DNA of 64,000 bases from Eledone cirrhosa (lineage: Eukaryota), in NCBI GenBank assembly GCA_964016885.1, contig OZ024761.1, positions 31,124,001 through 31,188,000 on the forward strand, read 5' to 3'. Of this stretch, positions 25,100 to 38,949 are shown piece by piece. A program made the position numbers and the translations under genes. How positions within the stretch are numbered: the first letter of the stretch is position 1; each line of letters begins with the position of its first letter. A model generated the notes under the pieces. That model was not told the DNA's origin. It did no database searches and saw only the letters and a list, made by a program, of their open reading frames with translations.

Positions 25100-25354
25100 T
25101 TAGATAGATATAAACCGTGTCCAGAGATATTTCGCTGTCGATGTAGAAGTTCCATCGATTGTGTCTATGGAGAACGAGGCGAGATATTGATTTATCTGTT
25201 GTGTAGTGGTCGTCACTGACTTTAGATTATTGATAAATATGGCCAATGGTACGAGGAGACGGTTTTCTTTGAGAAACCACTCTCTCTATAGATATATAGT
25301 GGAATAATGGTGGCAGGGAGAGGAGAGGAGAGGAGAGGAGAGAATAACGAGACA

Positions 25355-26273
25355 GTATGTGTAGTGGTAGTGGTGGTGGTGGTGGTTTGTGTGTGTAGTG
25401 GTGGTGGTGGTGTAGTGGTGGTGGTGGTGTAGTGGTGGTGGTGGTGGTTTGTGTGTAGTGGTGGTGGTGGTGTGTGTAGTGGTGCTAGTGGTGTGTAGTG
25501 GTGGTGGTGGTGTGTGTGTGTGTAGTGGTGGTGGTGTGTGTAGTGGTGGTGGTGGTGTGTATGTAGTGGTGGTGGTGTGTGTGTGTAGTGGTGGTGTGTG
25601 TGTGTAGTGGTGGTGGTGGTGTGTGTGTAGTGGTGGTGGTGTGTGTGTAGTGGTGCTAGTGGTGTGTGTATGTAGTGGTGGTGGTGGTGTGTGTGTAGTG
25701 GTGGTGTGTGCGTGTAGTGGTGGTGGTGTGTGTAGTGGTGGCGGTGTGTGTGTATGTAGTAGTGGTAGTGTGTGTGTATGTAGTGGTGGTGTGTGTGTAG
25801 TGGTGGTGGTGGTGGTGGTGTGTGTGTAGTGGTGGTGGTGTGTGTGTATGTAGTGGTGGTGGTGTGTGTGTGTGTGTGTTGTGGTGGTGGTGTGTGTGTA
25901 GTGGTGGTGGTGTGTATAGTGGTGGTGGTGGTGTGTGTGTATGTAGTAGTGGTAGTGTGTGTGTGTGTGTAGTGGTGGTGGTGTGTGTAGTGGTGGTGGT
26001 GTGTGTGGTGGTGTGTGTGGTGGTGGTTGTGTGTGTGGTGGTGGTGTGTATAAACATGCACACATACACACACACACACGTATAAACATGCACACACACA
26101 CATATAAACATGCACACACTCACGTATAAACATGCACACACACACACGTATAAACATGCACACATACACACACACACACGTATAATCATGCACACACGTA
26201 TAAACATGCACTCGCACACACACACACACGTATAAACATGCACACACACACACATACACACACACATATATAC

Positions 26274-26307
<34 letters not shown>

Positions 26308-27814
26308 CCCCCAATAAAGTGTGTATATATATATATATATATACACGTGTGTCTGTGTTTGTGTGAGTGTCAGTGTGTGTGTGTCAATGTGACAGTGTGT
26401 GTGTCAGTGTGTGTGTGTGTCAGTGTGTTGGTGTCAGTGTGTGTGTGTGTATGTGTGTCTGTGTGTGTGTGTGTCAGTGTGTGTGTCAGTGTGTGTATGT
26501 CAGTGTGTGTGTGTCAGTGTGTGTTTGTGTGTGTCAGTGTGTGTGTGTCACTGTGTGCGTGTGTGTCAGTGTATGTGGGTGTGTGTGTATGTGTGTGTGT
26601 GTGTCTGTGTCAGTGTGTCTGTGTGTGTGTGTCAGTATGTGTGTCAGTGTGTCAGTGTGTGTGTCAGTGTGTGAGTGTCTGTATGTCAGTCAGTGTGTGT
26701 GTGTGTATGTCAGTGGGTGAGTGTCAGTGTGTGTGTGTCTGTCTGTCTGTGTGTGTGTATGTCAGTGCGTGAGTGTCAGTGTGTGTGTGTCTATGTGTGT
26801 GTGTCAGTGTGTGTGTGTGTGTGTGTCAGTGGGTGAGTGTCAATGTGTCTGTCTGTATGTGTGTGTGTGTCAGTGTGTGTGTGTGTGTCAGTGGGTGAGT
26901 GTCAATGTGTGTGTGTCTGTGTGTGTGTGAGTGTGTGTGGGTTAGTGTGTCTGTATGTGTGTGTCAGTATGTGTGTGTGTCAGTGTGTGTGTGTGTATAT
27001 CAGTGTGTGTGTGTGTCAGTGTGTGTCAGTGTGTGTGTGTGTCAGTGTGTGTGTGTGTCAGTGTGTGTGTGTCAGTGTGTGTGTGTCAGTGTGTCAGTAT
27101 GTGTGTCAGTGTGTCTGTGTATCTCAGTGTGTGAGTGTCAGTGTGTGTGTATGTCAGTGGGTGAGTGTCAGTGTGTGTGTCAGTGTGTGTGGGTGTGTGT
27201 CAGTGTGTGTGTCAGTGTTGTCTGTGTATCTCAGTGTGTGAGTGTCAGTTTGTGTGTGTCTGTGTGTGTGTGTCTATGTCAGTGGGTGAGTGTCAATGTG
27301 TGTGTGTCTGTGCGTGTGTGTCAGTGTGTATGTGTGTGTATGTCAGTGGGTGAGTGTCAGTTTGTGTGTTTGTGTGTGTGTCAGTGTGTGTCAGTGTGTG
27401 TGGGTTAGTGTGTCTGTGTGTGTGTGTCAGTATGTGTCAGTGTGTGTGTGTGTCAGTGTGTCAGTGTGTGTGTGTGTGTGTGTGTGTGTGTCAGTATGTG
27501 CGTGTGTGTGTGTGGCAGTGTGTGCGTCAGTGTGTGTATGTCAGTGTCTGTGTATGTCAGTGTCTGTGTGTGTGTGTGTCAGTGTGTCTGTATGTGTCAG
27601 TGAGTGTGTGTGTATGTCAGCAGTGTGTGTCAGTGTCAGTGTGTGTATGTCAGTGTCAGTGTGTGTGTCTGTGTGTGTCAGTGTATGTCAGTGTGTGTGT
27701 GTCAGTGTGTGTCAGTGTGTCAGTGTGTGTGTGTGAGTGTGTGTGTGTCAGTGTGTGAGTGTGTGTATGTCAGTGTGTCTGTGTGTGTATGTCAGTGTGT
27801 GTGAGTGTGTGTGT

Positions 27815-27850
<36 letters not shown>
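25355..27850. repeat. compound (GGT)/(GT)n array followed by a TCAG-interrupted (TG)n array
   Basis: Direct reading. Confidence 0.95.
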
Positions 27851-27852
<2 letters not shown>

Positions 27853-27947
27853 ACAGACATCCACAGAATCTGGTTAAAGGAAGCCAGTGTTTTCAAGTGG
27901 TGCATTATGGGTATAACAATATAATCAGAAGCAATGACACAGTAACA

Positions 27948-28518
27948 TTGATGGTAGTGACATTGATGATGGTGATGATGATGATAGTGGTGGTGGTGGT
28001 AGTGGCGGTGATGGTGGTGGTTGTGATGGTGATTGTGATGGTGGTGGTGGTGGTTGTGATGGTGGTGATGATGGTGGTGGTGGTTATGGTGGAGATGGTT
28101 GTGGGGATGGTGGTGGTGGTGATGGTGATTGTGGTGGTGGTGGTGGTGGTTATGGTGATTAATGCTGGTGATGGTAGTGGCGGCGGTAGTGTTGATGGTG
28201 GTCGTGATGATGATGGTGGTAGTGATGGTGGTGGTGGCGGTGATGATGGCGGCAATGGGAATGGTGGAGGTGATGATTGTGATGGTGGTGTTGGTGATCT
28301 TCACCATTACCATCACCTTCATCACAACCATCACCGCCACCATCACCATCACCATCATTATCATCCATCATCAACACCACCACCGCCACTACCACCACCA
28401 GCATTATCATCCATCATCATCACGACCACCATCACCGCCACTATCACCACCAGCATTATCATCCATCATCATCACGACCACCATCACCGCCACTACCATC
28501 ACCAGCATTATCACCATT
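27948..28518. repeat. (GGT/GAT)n followed by its inverted (CAC/CAT)n counterpart
   Basis: Strand switch at ~28300; AATGCTGGTGATGGTAGTGGCGG (28161) is mirrored by CCGCCACTACCATCACCAGCATT (~28486-28508). Confidence 0.85.
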
Positions 28519-28665
28519 GCAGCATATAGTTACGGCCCTTTACGGTCTGAGTTCAAATCCCACTAAAGTTACCGTTGCCTTTCATCCTTACGGGGGTCGA
28601 TAAAATAAAGTACCAGTAATGTACTGGGATATTTGCTGGCCTTGTGCCAAAAGTAGAAATAATTA
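28519..28665 (+). mobile_element. SINE family 1 (5'-truncated)
   Basis: GAGTTCAAATCCC B-box, GCCTTTCATCCTTACGGGGGTCGATAAAATAAAGTACCAG core, GCTGGCCTTGTGCCAAAAGTAGAAA tail. Confidence 0.85.
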
Positions 28666-29094
28666 CATTTATTCCGAAAACAAACAAACAAACCCCTTCC
28701 TCACAACATAAAACTAAACGAGAGAAAGGGGAAGGAAGAATTTATTAGATTTGTATTTTAAAAACGTTAAAATGTAACATTTATCTCTCTTACTGGAGGA
28801 TATTTAACTAATGAAAGTGTTTTAATTATCAAGTTTTATTCTAATCTATTAACTGTAAGACACCATTTCGATAACGATAGGATCATATGAAAGATTGGGC
28901 AGATATGGATATCGGAAAGACGAGTTCTGTCTGTAAGTTGAGATTAATTCCAGTTGGATTTTGCTAGGAATTATTTACTTCATTAATTCCGTTTCGCAAT
29001 AATAAACTGCCAGTAGTAGTAGTGGTAGTAGTAGTAGTGATGATGACAGAAGCAGTAGTACAGTAGTAGTGTTGGTTGTAGACATGAGAGGTGC

Positions 29095-30205
29095 AATATG
29101 TCCGAACACGGAAGAGCCGAACTCCCACTGTCATCGCCTCCATCTCCCTCGTCCTTCCCCATCTCTCTTTATTATGAGCAAATGGGGCCCCACGGGCTGG
29201 CCTCCTCACAGCCCAGGCGGACAGAATAGAGAAGGCGTTTCCCAGTAGGATGGCAAAGGAGATGCGCTGGAAGAGCCGTTCCATCTCGCGAGGCTCACAC
29301 CTGCGGCTGGCTAGCTCAGCGCCTATGGTGGTAAGTATGGAGGTAGCCCTAGGGTCAAGTCAAAAGTGGCCCGCTAATGGAATATGTTGCACGCTCCTGC
29401 TCTATATCTTCCACCTCCAACTAATCTTCCCTCTACTTCTGGGTCCTGGCCATCAGGATGGAGAATGCATTGCCCCAGAGAATAGCGAGGGAGACATGCT
29501 GAAATAGCTACTCCATCTTGTGGGGATCACACTTGCAGGCAGCCAACTCTGCTCCAATAGCAGTGAGTAGAGATGTGGTCTGGGGGCCAAGAATGCCAAA
29601 AGTCTCCACAACTACAGGCTCTACCACAAAACTATTTGTGAGTGGCTGATACTTGGACAGTTTGCCCTCATCAACCTGGTGGGCAGCAGTGCCTGAGTGA
29701 CACTGCTTTTAAACTCTCCCAAGAGATGCTTAGCCTTATACATACACCTTGTGGGGCTCACACTTGCAAGCAGCCAATGGAATATGTTACACACCCCTGG
29801 TCTAAGCCTTCTTACATATATCTCTTTGCACATCACAGAGATTCACATAGATTCTTGTGTGTGTGTGTGTATATATATATATTATCATTACAGATGAAGT
29901 GTATATGTGTGTGTATATCTATATGTATGCTTTATTGAAGCTCAGCGCCGGTGGTTGTGGTGTTGATGGTGGTATTTGCTTTCTGACGACGGAGGTAGTT
30001 TCTAGCAGATTAAAAATAAAAAAAAATAACAAACATTCTGATAAACTGTTATCACTAATAAACAGTTAACTTTAAAAACTTGATACAGTGGAATGATACG
30101 TGATGGGGCCGGCCCCCCACAGCCCCAGCGGACAGAATGGAGAAGGCGTTTCCTCGGAGGACGGCAAGGGAGACGCGCTGGAAAAGCCACTCCAACTCCC
30201 GGGTG
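29095..30205 (-). mobile_element. three CRE-like RLE 3' fragments (~29095-29360, ~29440-29800, ~30100-30205)
   Basis: LFQRISFAILLGNAFSI; KYQPLTNSFVVEPVVVETFGILGP; DNA similar to 2190-2522. Confidence 0.75.
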
Positions 30206-30577
30206 AGTAGGTAGACATACAATCAAATTTGTAACTACGAAATGGGTCAGAAATTAAAAGTTAGAAGCAGATCATTACATTTCATTTAAAATCAACAACC
30301 ATTTAAAGTGGTTGTTTTCAACACTTGAAAATGACATTTATACCTCATTAATTTAAGCTTGTTATCTTTAATCAATTAACAGTTATTTACCTACGCTTAC
30401 GTCAATATTTACGCACCTGAATACTCAGGTAAAATATAAAAAACATTAACAGGTAAACTGAATACATAGCTTTGTTCAATTCCAGCCTTAATTACCCCGA
30501 AAATTAAGCACCTCGTACACAACACAATTACTAAGATAGATAAAAAATAAACGGATAATGGATTGTAAATGTGTGTA

Positions 30578-30610
<33 letters not shown>

Positions 30611-30954
30611 ATGTATGTATCTATATATGTATGTGTGTATGTATGTATGTAGGTAGGTGTGTGTGTGTGTGTGTTGTATGTATGTGTATGTATGTGTGTG
30701 TATGTGTATGTATGTATGTAGGTGTGTGTGTATGTGTATGTATGTATCTATCTATGTATGTATGTGTGTATGTATATATGTATGTATCTACGTATGTAAG
30801 TCTGCATGTGTGTATGTATGTATTTTTGTATGTATGTATGTATGTATGTATGTATGTATGTATGTATGTATGTATGTATGTATGTATGTATGTATGTACG
30901 TGTTTATGCATGTATGTATATGTATGTGTCTACGTATGTATGTATGTATGTATG

Positions 30955-33900
30955 TTTTCTCTTTCTCTTAATTTCGAGTATATTTTTTTGACCGGCCACC
31001 TTCCTGGTGGCAAGGTTGTAAAAGAAAAGAAATTGTCATCCCTTGAATCGCAAGAATGTTTTGCAAATTTTGAAGGTGCCAGCTATCGCAGCCATTTGTA
31101 GACTATGAATTAGGGAGCTGCGCTTTTTGTCCGCAAATCCAAGTTCAGTCATACTTTGGTCCAAGCGGGTTGGTATATAACCCGTAGCACCAATAATGAT
31201 GGGTATGAAGCTAAAGGTGTATCTTGGATACTGGATTTGTAAACTCCTCATCAATGGTCCGTAGATATCCTCCTTCTCCTGTATTTTTCTGACAACGTTT
31301 ACATCAAGTGGGCAGCTGATCTCCACAACAGAACACGTTTTCAATGTGTGGTCCCAAACTACAATATCAGGCCGGTTGTGCTTTAATTTGGTGGCAGTTT
31401 TTATTTTCAGGTTCCACCAGTATTCCTTAGTGCCATCTGTCTCAATATATTCTTCCTCGTTTGTTGTTAATTTTGTTTTCCGAAGTGCGTTCCAGATGGT
31501 TCTAGCTATCCCATCGTGTCTCATGGGGAGGTAGTAGCGAGATGACATTCTTTCGCAGCTGGCAACAATGTGGCTTACATCCTCGATCTTTGTTTTACAT
31601 AGCCTACATTTATTGTCAGCTGCTGGCCCTCCTCTTTTGTGCAGCAGATATTTGGTAGGGAGTTCTTGTTCCTGTATTGCATAGAGATATCCCTCAAGGT
31701 GTGATGTCATAAACTTGTCGGAACTCCATGCCAGGCTTTTTGAGTGGTTTATCCCCTCTATGGTCTGTGTTTTACGCCTCAAGTATCCATGCACAACTTT
31801 TTCTGTAAATTGGTCAATTTTTTTTATCTTGTTTGAACATTGAATAGGATCTTCCGATTTCTCTGGGTGAGAGATTTATATCAGGCTTTATTCCATATCT
31901 CTCCTCAAGATCAGTCGCTATTCTAATGATATTTCTTTTTTCATGGTCCTAAACCTGGGCAAGATGGTTGCTGACCTTTTTCCTCTGTTGAAGGTGTTGC
32001 TTCAGTGTTACTATCCGGGTCTCATATGTTATTAATATTGATATTGATTTTAGACCCCGGCTACCTTCCTTGCGTGAGAAGTATAGCCTATCCACATCAC
32101 CATTGATGTTAAAGTTCCCAGTAACACTGAGAAGTTTGCGAGTTCTAACATCCATCTCACTTAGTTCTTGCAATGACCAGTTCAGTAGGCCAAATGTTGG
32201 CGTTAGAATTGGCACAGCATAAGTATTGTGGGCAATGTATTTGTTGTATGCTGACAGTTCTGATGACCATATTTTCTTTACTCTTCTGAGGTATTCAGTT
32301 CTGGTTCTCTCCTTATTTATGGGTCCATCATATCTGACATTCTCATCCTGTCCAAGATATCTGTAGTTATCACCTGACTGCAGAGGTTGTATTGTCAGGC
32401 CGTTCATCTCTAGATTTCTAGAGGGGGGCACAGCTCTTCCACGTTTTACTGCCAAATATGCACACTTGGACTCACCAAATTTCATTTTGATGTCGGTTGA
32501 AAATTGTGTAATGAGGTCCAATTGTTTCTTGATGTCATTGATATTTGGCCCATACAACTTCAGGTCATCAACAAAGAAAAGATGGGAGATACTTCTGGGC
32601 CCACTTCTTTGTCCACCTTGTTTCCTGAGTAGGTAAGATAGTGGATTCAGTGAGAAAACGAAGAGTAGTACTGACAAGCTATCACCCTGAAAGATGCCCT
32701 TCTGGTAATGTATCTTATCAGTCTTAACCTTCTCCTTCTCACCTCTAAGGATCAAACTGGTGTACCAGTTCTTGGTCAGGCGTTCAACAGCAGCTACCAA
32801 TGGTTGTGGGACTTTAGCTAACTGTAAAGCCTTAACAATCCATCCATGAGGTACACTATCAAATGCTTTTTGATAGTCCAGCCACACGACAGTCATGTTT
32901 TTGCGATTCTTTGTTGTTTTTTCCTGAATCATTTTGTTAGTTAGTAGGTGATCTATGCAACCCCACACCTCCCTATTTCCACCAGCTTGCTCAAGTGTTA
33001 TGATGTTGTTGGTAGCACAGTGATCCTGCAAGAACAGGTTAAGGCACCCAGTATATAATTTATACATGATGTTTTGGCAGGCAATTGGGCGGTAATTTTT
33101 AGCAAGGGTGGTTTGGCTATTTTGGGGAATGAGGAGAGTAGAGGCAGTTGATAACCATCTGGGCAGTTCTTGTGTGCCCTTAATGGTTTCTGTAAACAGC
33201 CGTATGAGATCTTGCCGATAGAAAGTGAAATTCTTCAACCAGTATCCTGTAATGAGGTCTGGGCCTGGCGATTTCCTATTCGACATTTTCTGTAGAGCTG
33301 TTTCAGTATTGACCCATCTATGTCATATTGTTTTGTCTGGACATGTTGGCAGTAGTCCTGTTCCAGTTCTTTTAGCCAATTAGCTTGTCTGTTGAATCCG
33401 TCATCCATTTCCCATACAGATCTCCAGTAGCTCTCAACCTGTTCTTTTGAAGGGGTGTCATTTACAGAGATTGAGCTTTTGCCACCGAAGCTGCGATAAA
33501 CTGATTTAGGATTTCTGGCAAACAATCTATTTAGCACTTGTCGTTTATGTGCTGTTGACTTATATTTTAGTCTTTCTGTTGTAGCTGTGAGTTGTTGTTT
33601 CAACTGGTGTAATTTGGAGTTCAAAGTTTTAAATTTTGTATCTCCAAATCGTCTCTCTAACTTTTTCTTTAGGTCTTCCTGGTGTCGTGTGAAGTTGCTC
33701 TCTATGTTGCATTTCATAACGACTGCGATGTGTGAGATACTTCGTCTCAGGGACAAAATTTTGGATTTTAAATTTCGCATCCACGCTGGTTCAGGCTTTC
33801 TGCTTGTATCTTGATTGCGTGGTTTTATATGTGTGTTATATGATAGCAATGTGACAGCTGAAACATATAACAAAACATTAAGCGTTTCAAATGTCGTTTC

Positions 33901-35190
33901 TACACCTTTAGATCGTATAGCCTTCAGATAACTGCCAGCTATTTCGTTCACCGCTTCCAATTCCAATTTAGTGGGTTCTTTACTGACTCTAGTGTTGTAT
34001 GGTCTGTCACTCACATTAAGGCTGTGTATCTCTTGAAACATATCGTTCCATATCACTTGTAGGGAGCCCACAAGTTTTTGGTGCTCTGTTTGTTCAGTAG
34101 AGTCATGAATTTCAGCCTCGTTGTTGATGTGGTGACAATTACTACTAGAGTCAGCTGACCTTTCTCGCTGTTCTTCAGTGGAAGTGGGATGGATTTCAGC
34201 AAAATTGTTGATGAACTGTTCACTGTTAGATTTAGCTGACCATTCTCTTTGTCTGTCAGTGGAGGTGGGGTGGTTGTCTACAAGGGCTGTATTTGTAGTA
34301 TCACTCAATTCCGTTAGATGTATCAATTTACATCTAATGATACGTTTTGCCTGTTCATTTAAATGCTTTGGAGAAAAGTCTAATTCTGGGTGTTTGGAGT
34401 TCCATAAAGTTTTTAGCCTTTGCATAAAACCGAACTTTTGGGGTTCAGATTGTTTGTATGCTTCATATAATACTTTGTTAAGCTCGTAGCTCCACTGTGT
34501 ACAACGGTTGTAATTGCGATTTGGTCGAAGGAGACTTGTACTTTTTGCCATGATGAGTTCGTCTATTCACTAATATTTCGTATTTATTTTTTAAAATAGT
34601 CGATGATCTTCTTTAAAAGTTACGACAAAGTTCTGTCAGAATCAAATTTAAAGTTATTCACAGCTTGGGTAATATTTCTTTTCAGTTAGTTTTTAATTCT
34701 ACAACTGTGTTTTAAACGTTGTTCTTGAATCGTTTGAATCGAGAACAAAAAGAACCGTTACTTAGTATATTCCTTTATGAATGTAATATAATATAACAAC
34801 GCTGTATTTATATGTTAAAGTTTATGTATTATTCATATAAATAGGTGTTCTACAACCTATTCACAACATATTCACAGTTCAAACACATATATTTTTGTTT
34901 CTGAATCGAAAACGTTACTTGTATATTTCTTTATAAATGTAATATAACAACGTTGCATTTATATGTTAAAGTGTATGTATCGTTCATATATCATAAGTGT
35001 ATGTATCGTTCATATAAATAGGTGTTTTACAACACACTTACAGTTCAAACACTTATGTAGAATTATTGTATGTAATCTTACCGCGTAATGTAGCTCAACT
35101 TTTTCCAATATATGGTATGTTGCCTTCATGTAAGCTGTAATTACACACGTCCGATTATCGGACACTGACCACAACGGTCGCCATTTTACA
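30955..35190 (-). mobile_element. R4/Dong-clade non-LTR retrotransposon, near full length (RT + CCHC + restriction-like endonuclease), two frameshifts
   Basis: ORFs 34551-33235, 33286-31949 (KSPGPD, NYRPIAC, WLDYQKAFDSVPH, GIFQGDSLS, LFFVDDLKLY, YRYLG) and 31794-31036 (AIQEQEL, CRLC..EDVSHIVASC, RHD, NRPDIVVWD..VEISCP, IIIGATG); (CATA)n on both flanks. Confidence 0.95.
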
Positions 35191-36179
35191 TGTATGTATG
35201 TATGTATGTATGTATGTATGTATGTATGTATGTATGTATGTATGTATGTATGTATGTATGTGTGCATGTGTGTATGTATGTATGTATGTATGTACGTGTT
35301 TATGTATGTTTACATGTATTATATACTTGTATGCCTGTATGTTTGTATGTATGTATGTATGTATGTATTGTGCATATATGTATGTGTGTATATATGTATA
35401 TCCGTACATATGTATGTACGTATATGTATATATGTATGTCTTTGTGCATGTATCTCTGTATATATGTATGTAGTTATGTATGTATGTATATATGTATGCA
35501 TGTATATATATATGTATGGATGCGTGCATGTGTGTATGTAGTATTTTGTAAGTATGTATTGTACACGTGTGCATGTATGTGTGTCTGTATGTGTGTATGT
35601 ATGTGAATGTATGTATGCGTGTGTATATATGTATATACGTACGTATGTCTGTACGTGTGTGTGTATATGTATGTACGTATGTAATTTATGTATATATCTA
35701 TGTACGTGTGTGTTTGTGTGTATGTACGTGTGTATGTATGTATGTGTGTGTATATATATGTATGTACGTACGTATGTCTGTACGTATGTGTCTATGTATG
35801 TACGTATGTATGTAGTTTATGTGTATATCTATGTATATGGTTGTATGTATGTATGTGTGTATGTATGTCACTCTTGAGTGCTACTGGTAACATGTAACCC
35901 CGTACAACCTGTCGCATGGTTGGGTCGTCGGCGACTAAACCGGCAACCCCACCAAGTTTACTTGGTGAGGAGGGTGATTTTGGACACCCTGCAGGACAAA
36001 AAACAAAACCTGACAAAGGGCGGAAGAACTCATAAGAGTCAACGGCCATCCAAATGTGTGTAAATATGTATATACACATGTGTAAATATGTATATATACA
36101 AATATGTACATATGTATGTATATGTGTATATACATGGGTGCATGTGTATGTACATATGCGCGGGGACATATAAATAGTC

Positions 36180-36440
36180 GGGCAGAGACACCCGATCGCG
36201 CGGTTAAACCACTGGGAGTGACGGACCCCTAGCCTTTGTCAGGGCAATCTTCTATGAGAAGGCAGCTCAGGAAACTGGGATATTCCAATATAAAACCTGC
36301 GGCTCAGTAGTTACCGATGATGTTGATCTTTTCTTCTTTAAGGGTTATAGCTACTGTCGCTCAGAGAGTGGAATTGGCTCAGTGCACAGTCTTTCCTCAT
36401 TTGACAAAATATCTTCACGCACAGGCATTGCACGATAGAA
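36180..36440 (+). mobile_element. RTE-type 5' UTR-like repeat fragment
   Basis: CCCTAGCCTTTGTCA.GG.A...GAGAAGG...GATGTTGA...CACAGGCATTGC shared with 63570-63760. Confidence 0.55.
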
Positions 36441-36739
36441 TTAATTAATAATTATTAATAATGGTATATCGTGCAATGGCCATACTCGATAACGAGGGGG
36501 CAGTCATCATGTATGTCACTAATGTCTAGCGTTAGGCTGTTGAGCTCATGATCATAAGGTAATAGGTTCGATTCCCAGATCGGGTGACACGTGATATCCT
36601 TTAAGCAAGGCACTTCATTTCCCGATTTTGCAGTCACTCAATTGAAAAGTAATAAGTACCAGAGACAGCTAGGGACCTTATCCCTGCTACAGACAGATAC
36701 AGACGTCCTGTCTAGGAAATAAGCGTTGATCTACTAGTC

Positions 36740-36960
36740 TAGAGGTTCACAAACTTTTGGGCCACCCCACCCCCACCCCCTTCACAGCCACATAAAACCC
36801 TCAACACCCCTAACCTTATTTCTAGACAGACCTGGCTACACGCAAATTGTAAATAATATATAATAAATAAATAATATAATATATACTATGTATAAAATAA
36901 ATATTATATATTTTTTATTTTACTATATATATGAAAGACGTAAAATAAGAAAATTATAAA
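36740..36960 (+). mobile_element. hAT MITE left part (family of 8456-9027)
   Basis: AGAGGTTCACAAACTTTTGGG.CACC...CTACACGC.AATTGTAAATAATATATAATAAATAAA matches the 8456 copy. Confidence 0.7.
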
Positions 36961-37110
36961 AATTAACTTACTTACTAAAATTTCACTCCAACTAATTAGT
37001 TTCTGAAAAGGAATAAACATGGTTTCCAAATGGAAAGCATGGAGAAACCTTTCGTCATCAGGAAGTCTGTTCTCAGCTAAGTTACCAGGCGATGCGTAGA
37101 CACAGGGAAC

Positions 37111-37446
37111 TTGATCCCGGTTTCGTTGGCGTTAAGGGACTGAGAGAAAAAAACCTACTTCCTAGTCAGGGCGTCTGTATTTGTTGTCTGTCGCAGGATT
37201 TCGTAAGGGTTACAGGACTCAGGGAACAGTATATATTTCAGAGATACGACGTCTGGTAAGGAATCAGGTGGACCATAATGCACCAGAGTATTCGATGCTT
37301 AGGGTAGTAGAGTGGGTAATAGGAAAAGAGTCAGGACCCCGAAACTGTCGAAACGACCGGAGCTCAGCTGTCGGGGTCATATATTTTTTATTTTATTATA
37401 TATATATATATATATATTTTATTTTACTATATATATATATATATAT

Positions 37447-37495
<49 letters not shown>

Positions 37496-37630
37496 TATGA
37501 AGTATATACTGTTCCCTGAGTCCTTTAACGCTTACGAAATCCTGCGACAGACAACAGATACAGACGCCCTGTCTAGGAAGTAGGTTTTGTTCTCTCAGTC
37601 CCTTAACGCTAACGAAACCGGGATCAGCCA
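37111..37630. repeat. ~130-bp inverted repeat enclosing a family A fragment and (TA)n
   Basis: 37111-37240 is the reverse complement of ~37498-37627 (GATCCCGGTTTCGTT.GCGTTAAGGGACTGAGAG ... CAGGGAACAGTATATA). Confidence 0.85.
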
Positions 37631-37869
37631 CGAGTTTGCCCAAGTCTTGCAAGCCAATTACAAACTTCATTTATTCACCTTTATTACTAATGTAAATATC
37701 TATTATAACTCTCTCCTCTATTCTTCCAACTTGCGACAAACAGACAGTTATAGACGTCTATTCTAGCCTACGAAACTCGGATCAGCCCCGGGTTTGGTCC
37801 AAGCCGTGTAAACCAATGAAAAAATCGAACGTAGATCGACAATAATTTTAACTCTTCTCTCTTAATACA

Positions 37870-38258
37870 TTGGCAGTATCGGTAGAGAGTCGGACACCAT
37901 GCTTTACAGCGTAGAGTTACGTCCCTTTATGATGTGAGTTCAAATCCCGCCGAGGTTAACTTTGCCTTTCATCCTTACAGGGCTCGATAAAATAAAGTAC
38001 CAGTAACGCACTGGGGTCGATTTAACCGACTTTCCCCTTCACCCAAATTATTGGCATTGTGCCTATACTAGAAACTATTGGCAGTTTCGGTAGAGGCATC
38101 GGACGCCATGCTTTCCAGCATAGTTACCTCCCTTTATGATCTGAGTTCAAATCCCGCCGAGGTTAACTTTGCCTTTCATCCTTACGGGGTCTATAAAATA
38201 AAGTACCAGTAATGTACTAAGTAATTGCTGGCCTTGTGCCAAAAGTAGAAACAATTAT
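37870..38258 (+). mobile_element. two tandem SINE family 1 copies
   Basis: TTGGCAGT.TCGGTAGAG head, GAGTTCAAATCCCGCCGAGGTTAACTTTGCCTTTCATCC, tail ending AGAAAC(A/T)ATT. Confidence 0.9.
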
Positions 38259-38429
38259 TACAACAGCCAGACTAAGATGGCTGTTGTTGTTGTTGTTGTT
38301 GTTGTTGTTGCTCTGAATATTTTAACGTCTGTTTTCGGTGAGTTATTAATCAGAGAAGCAGAAGTTGTTTTGTTCACTTGTCATTTTCTGAACACTTTTG
38401 ATTTTCTTAGTAGGAGAATTTGGCACCAT

Positions 38430-38431
38430 CT

Positions 38432-38478
<47 letters not shown>

Positions 38479-38898
38479 ACACACACACATACACACACAC
38501 ACACACACACACTGACACACACACATACACACACACACACACACACACTGACACACACGCACACACACGCATACACACACTGACACACACACACACAGAC
38601 ACATATATACAGACACATACACACACACACATACAGACGTATAAACACATAGACACATATATACAGACACATACAGATATATATATATATATATATATAC
38701 ACACAGACACACACACATACAGATACAGGCACACACATACATACAGACATATAGACACATATATATACAGACACATACTTACAGATATATATATATATAT
38801 ATATATACACACAGACACACACACATACAGATACAGGCACACACATACATACAGACATATAAACACATAGACACATATATATACAGACACATACTTAC

Positions 38899-38949
<51 letters not shown>

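Noticed and set aside
37006-37066. Minus-strand CTGATGA...GAAAC motif
   Set aside because: Stem I cannot be paired; at best a decayed HHR.
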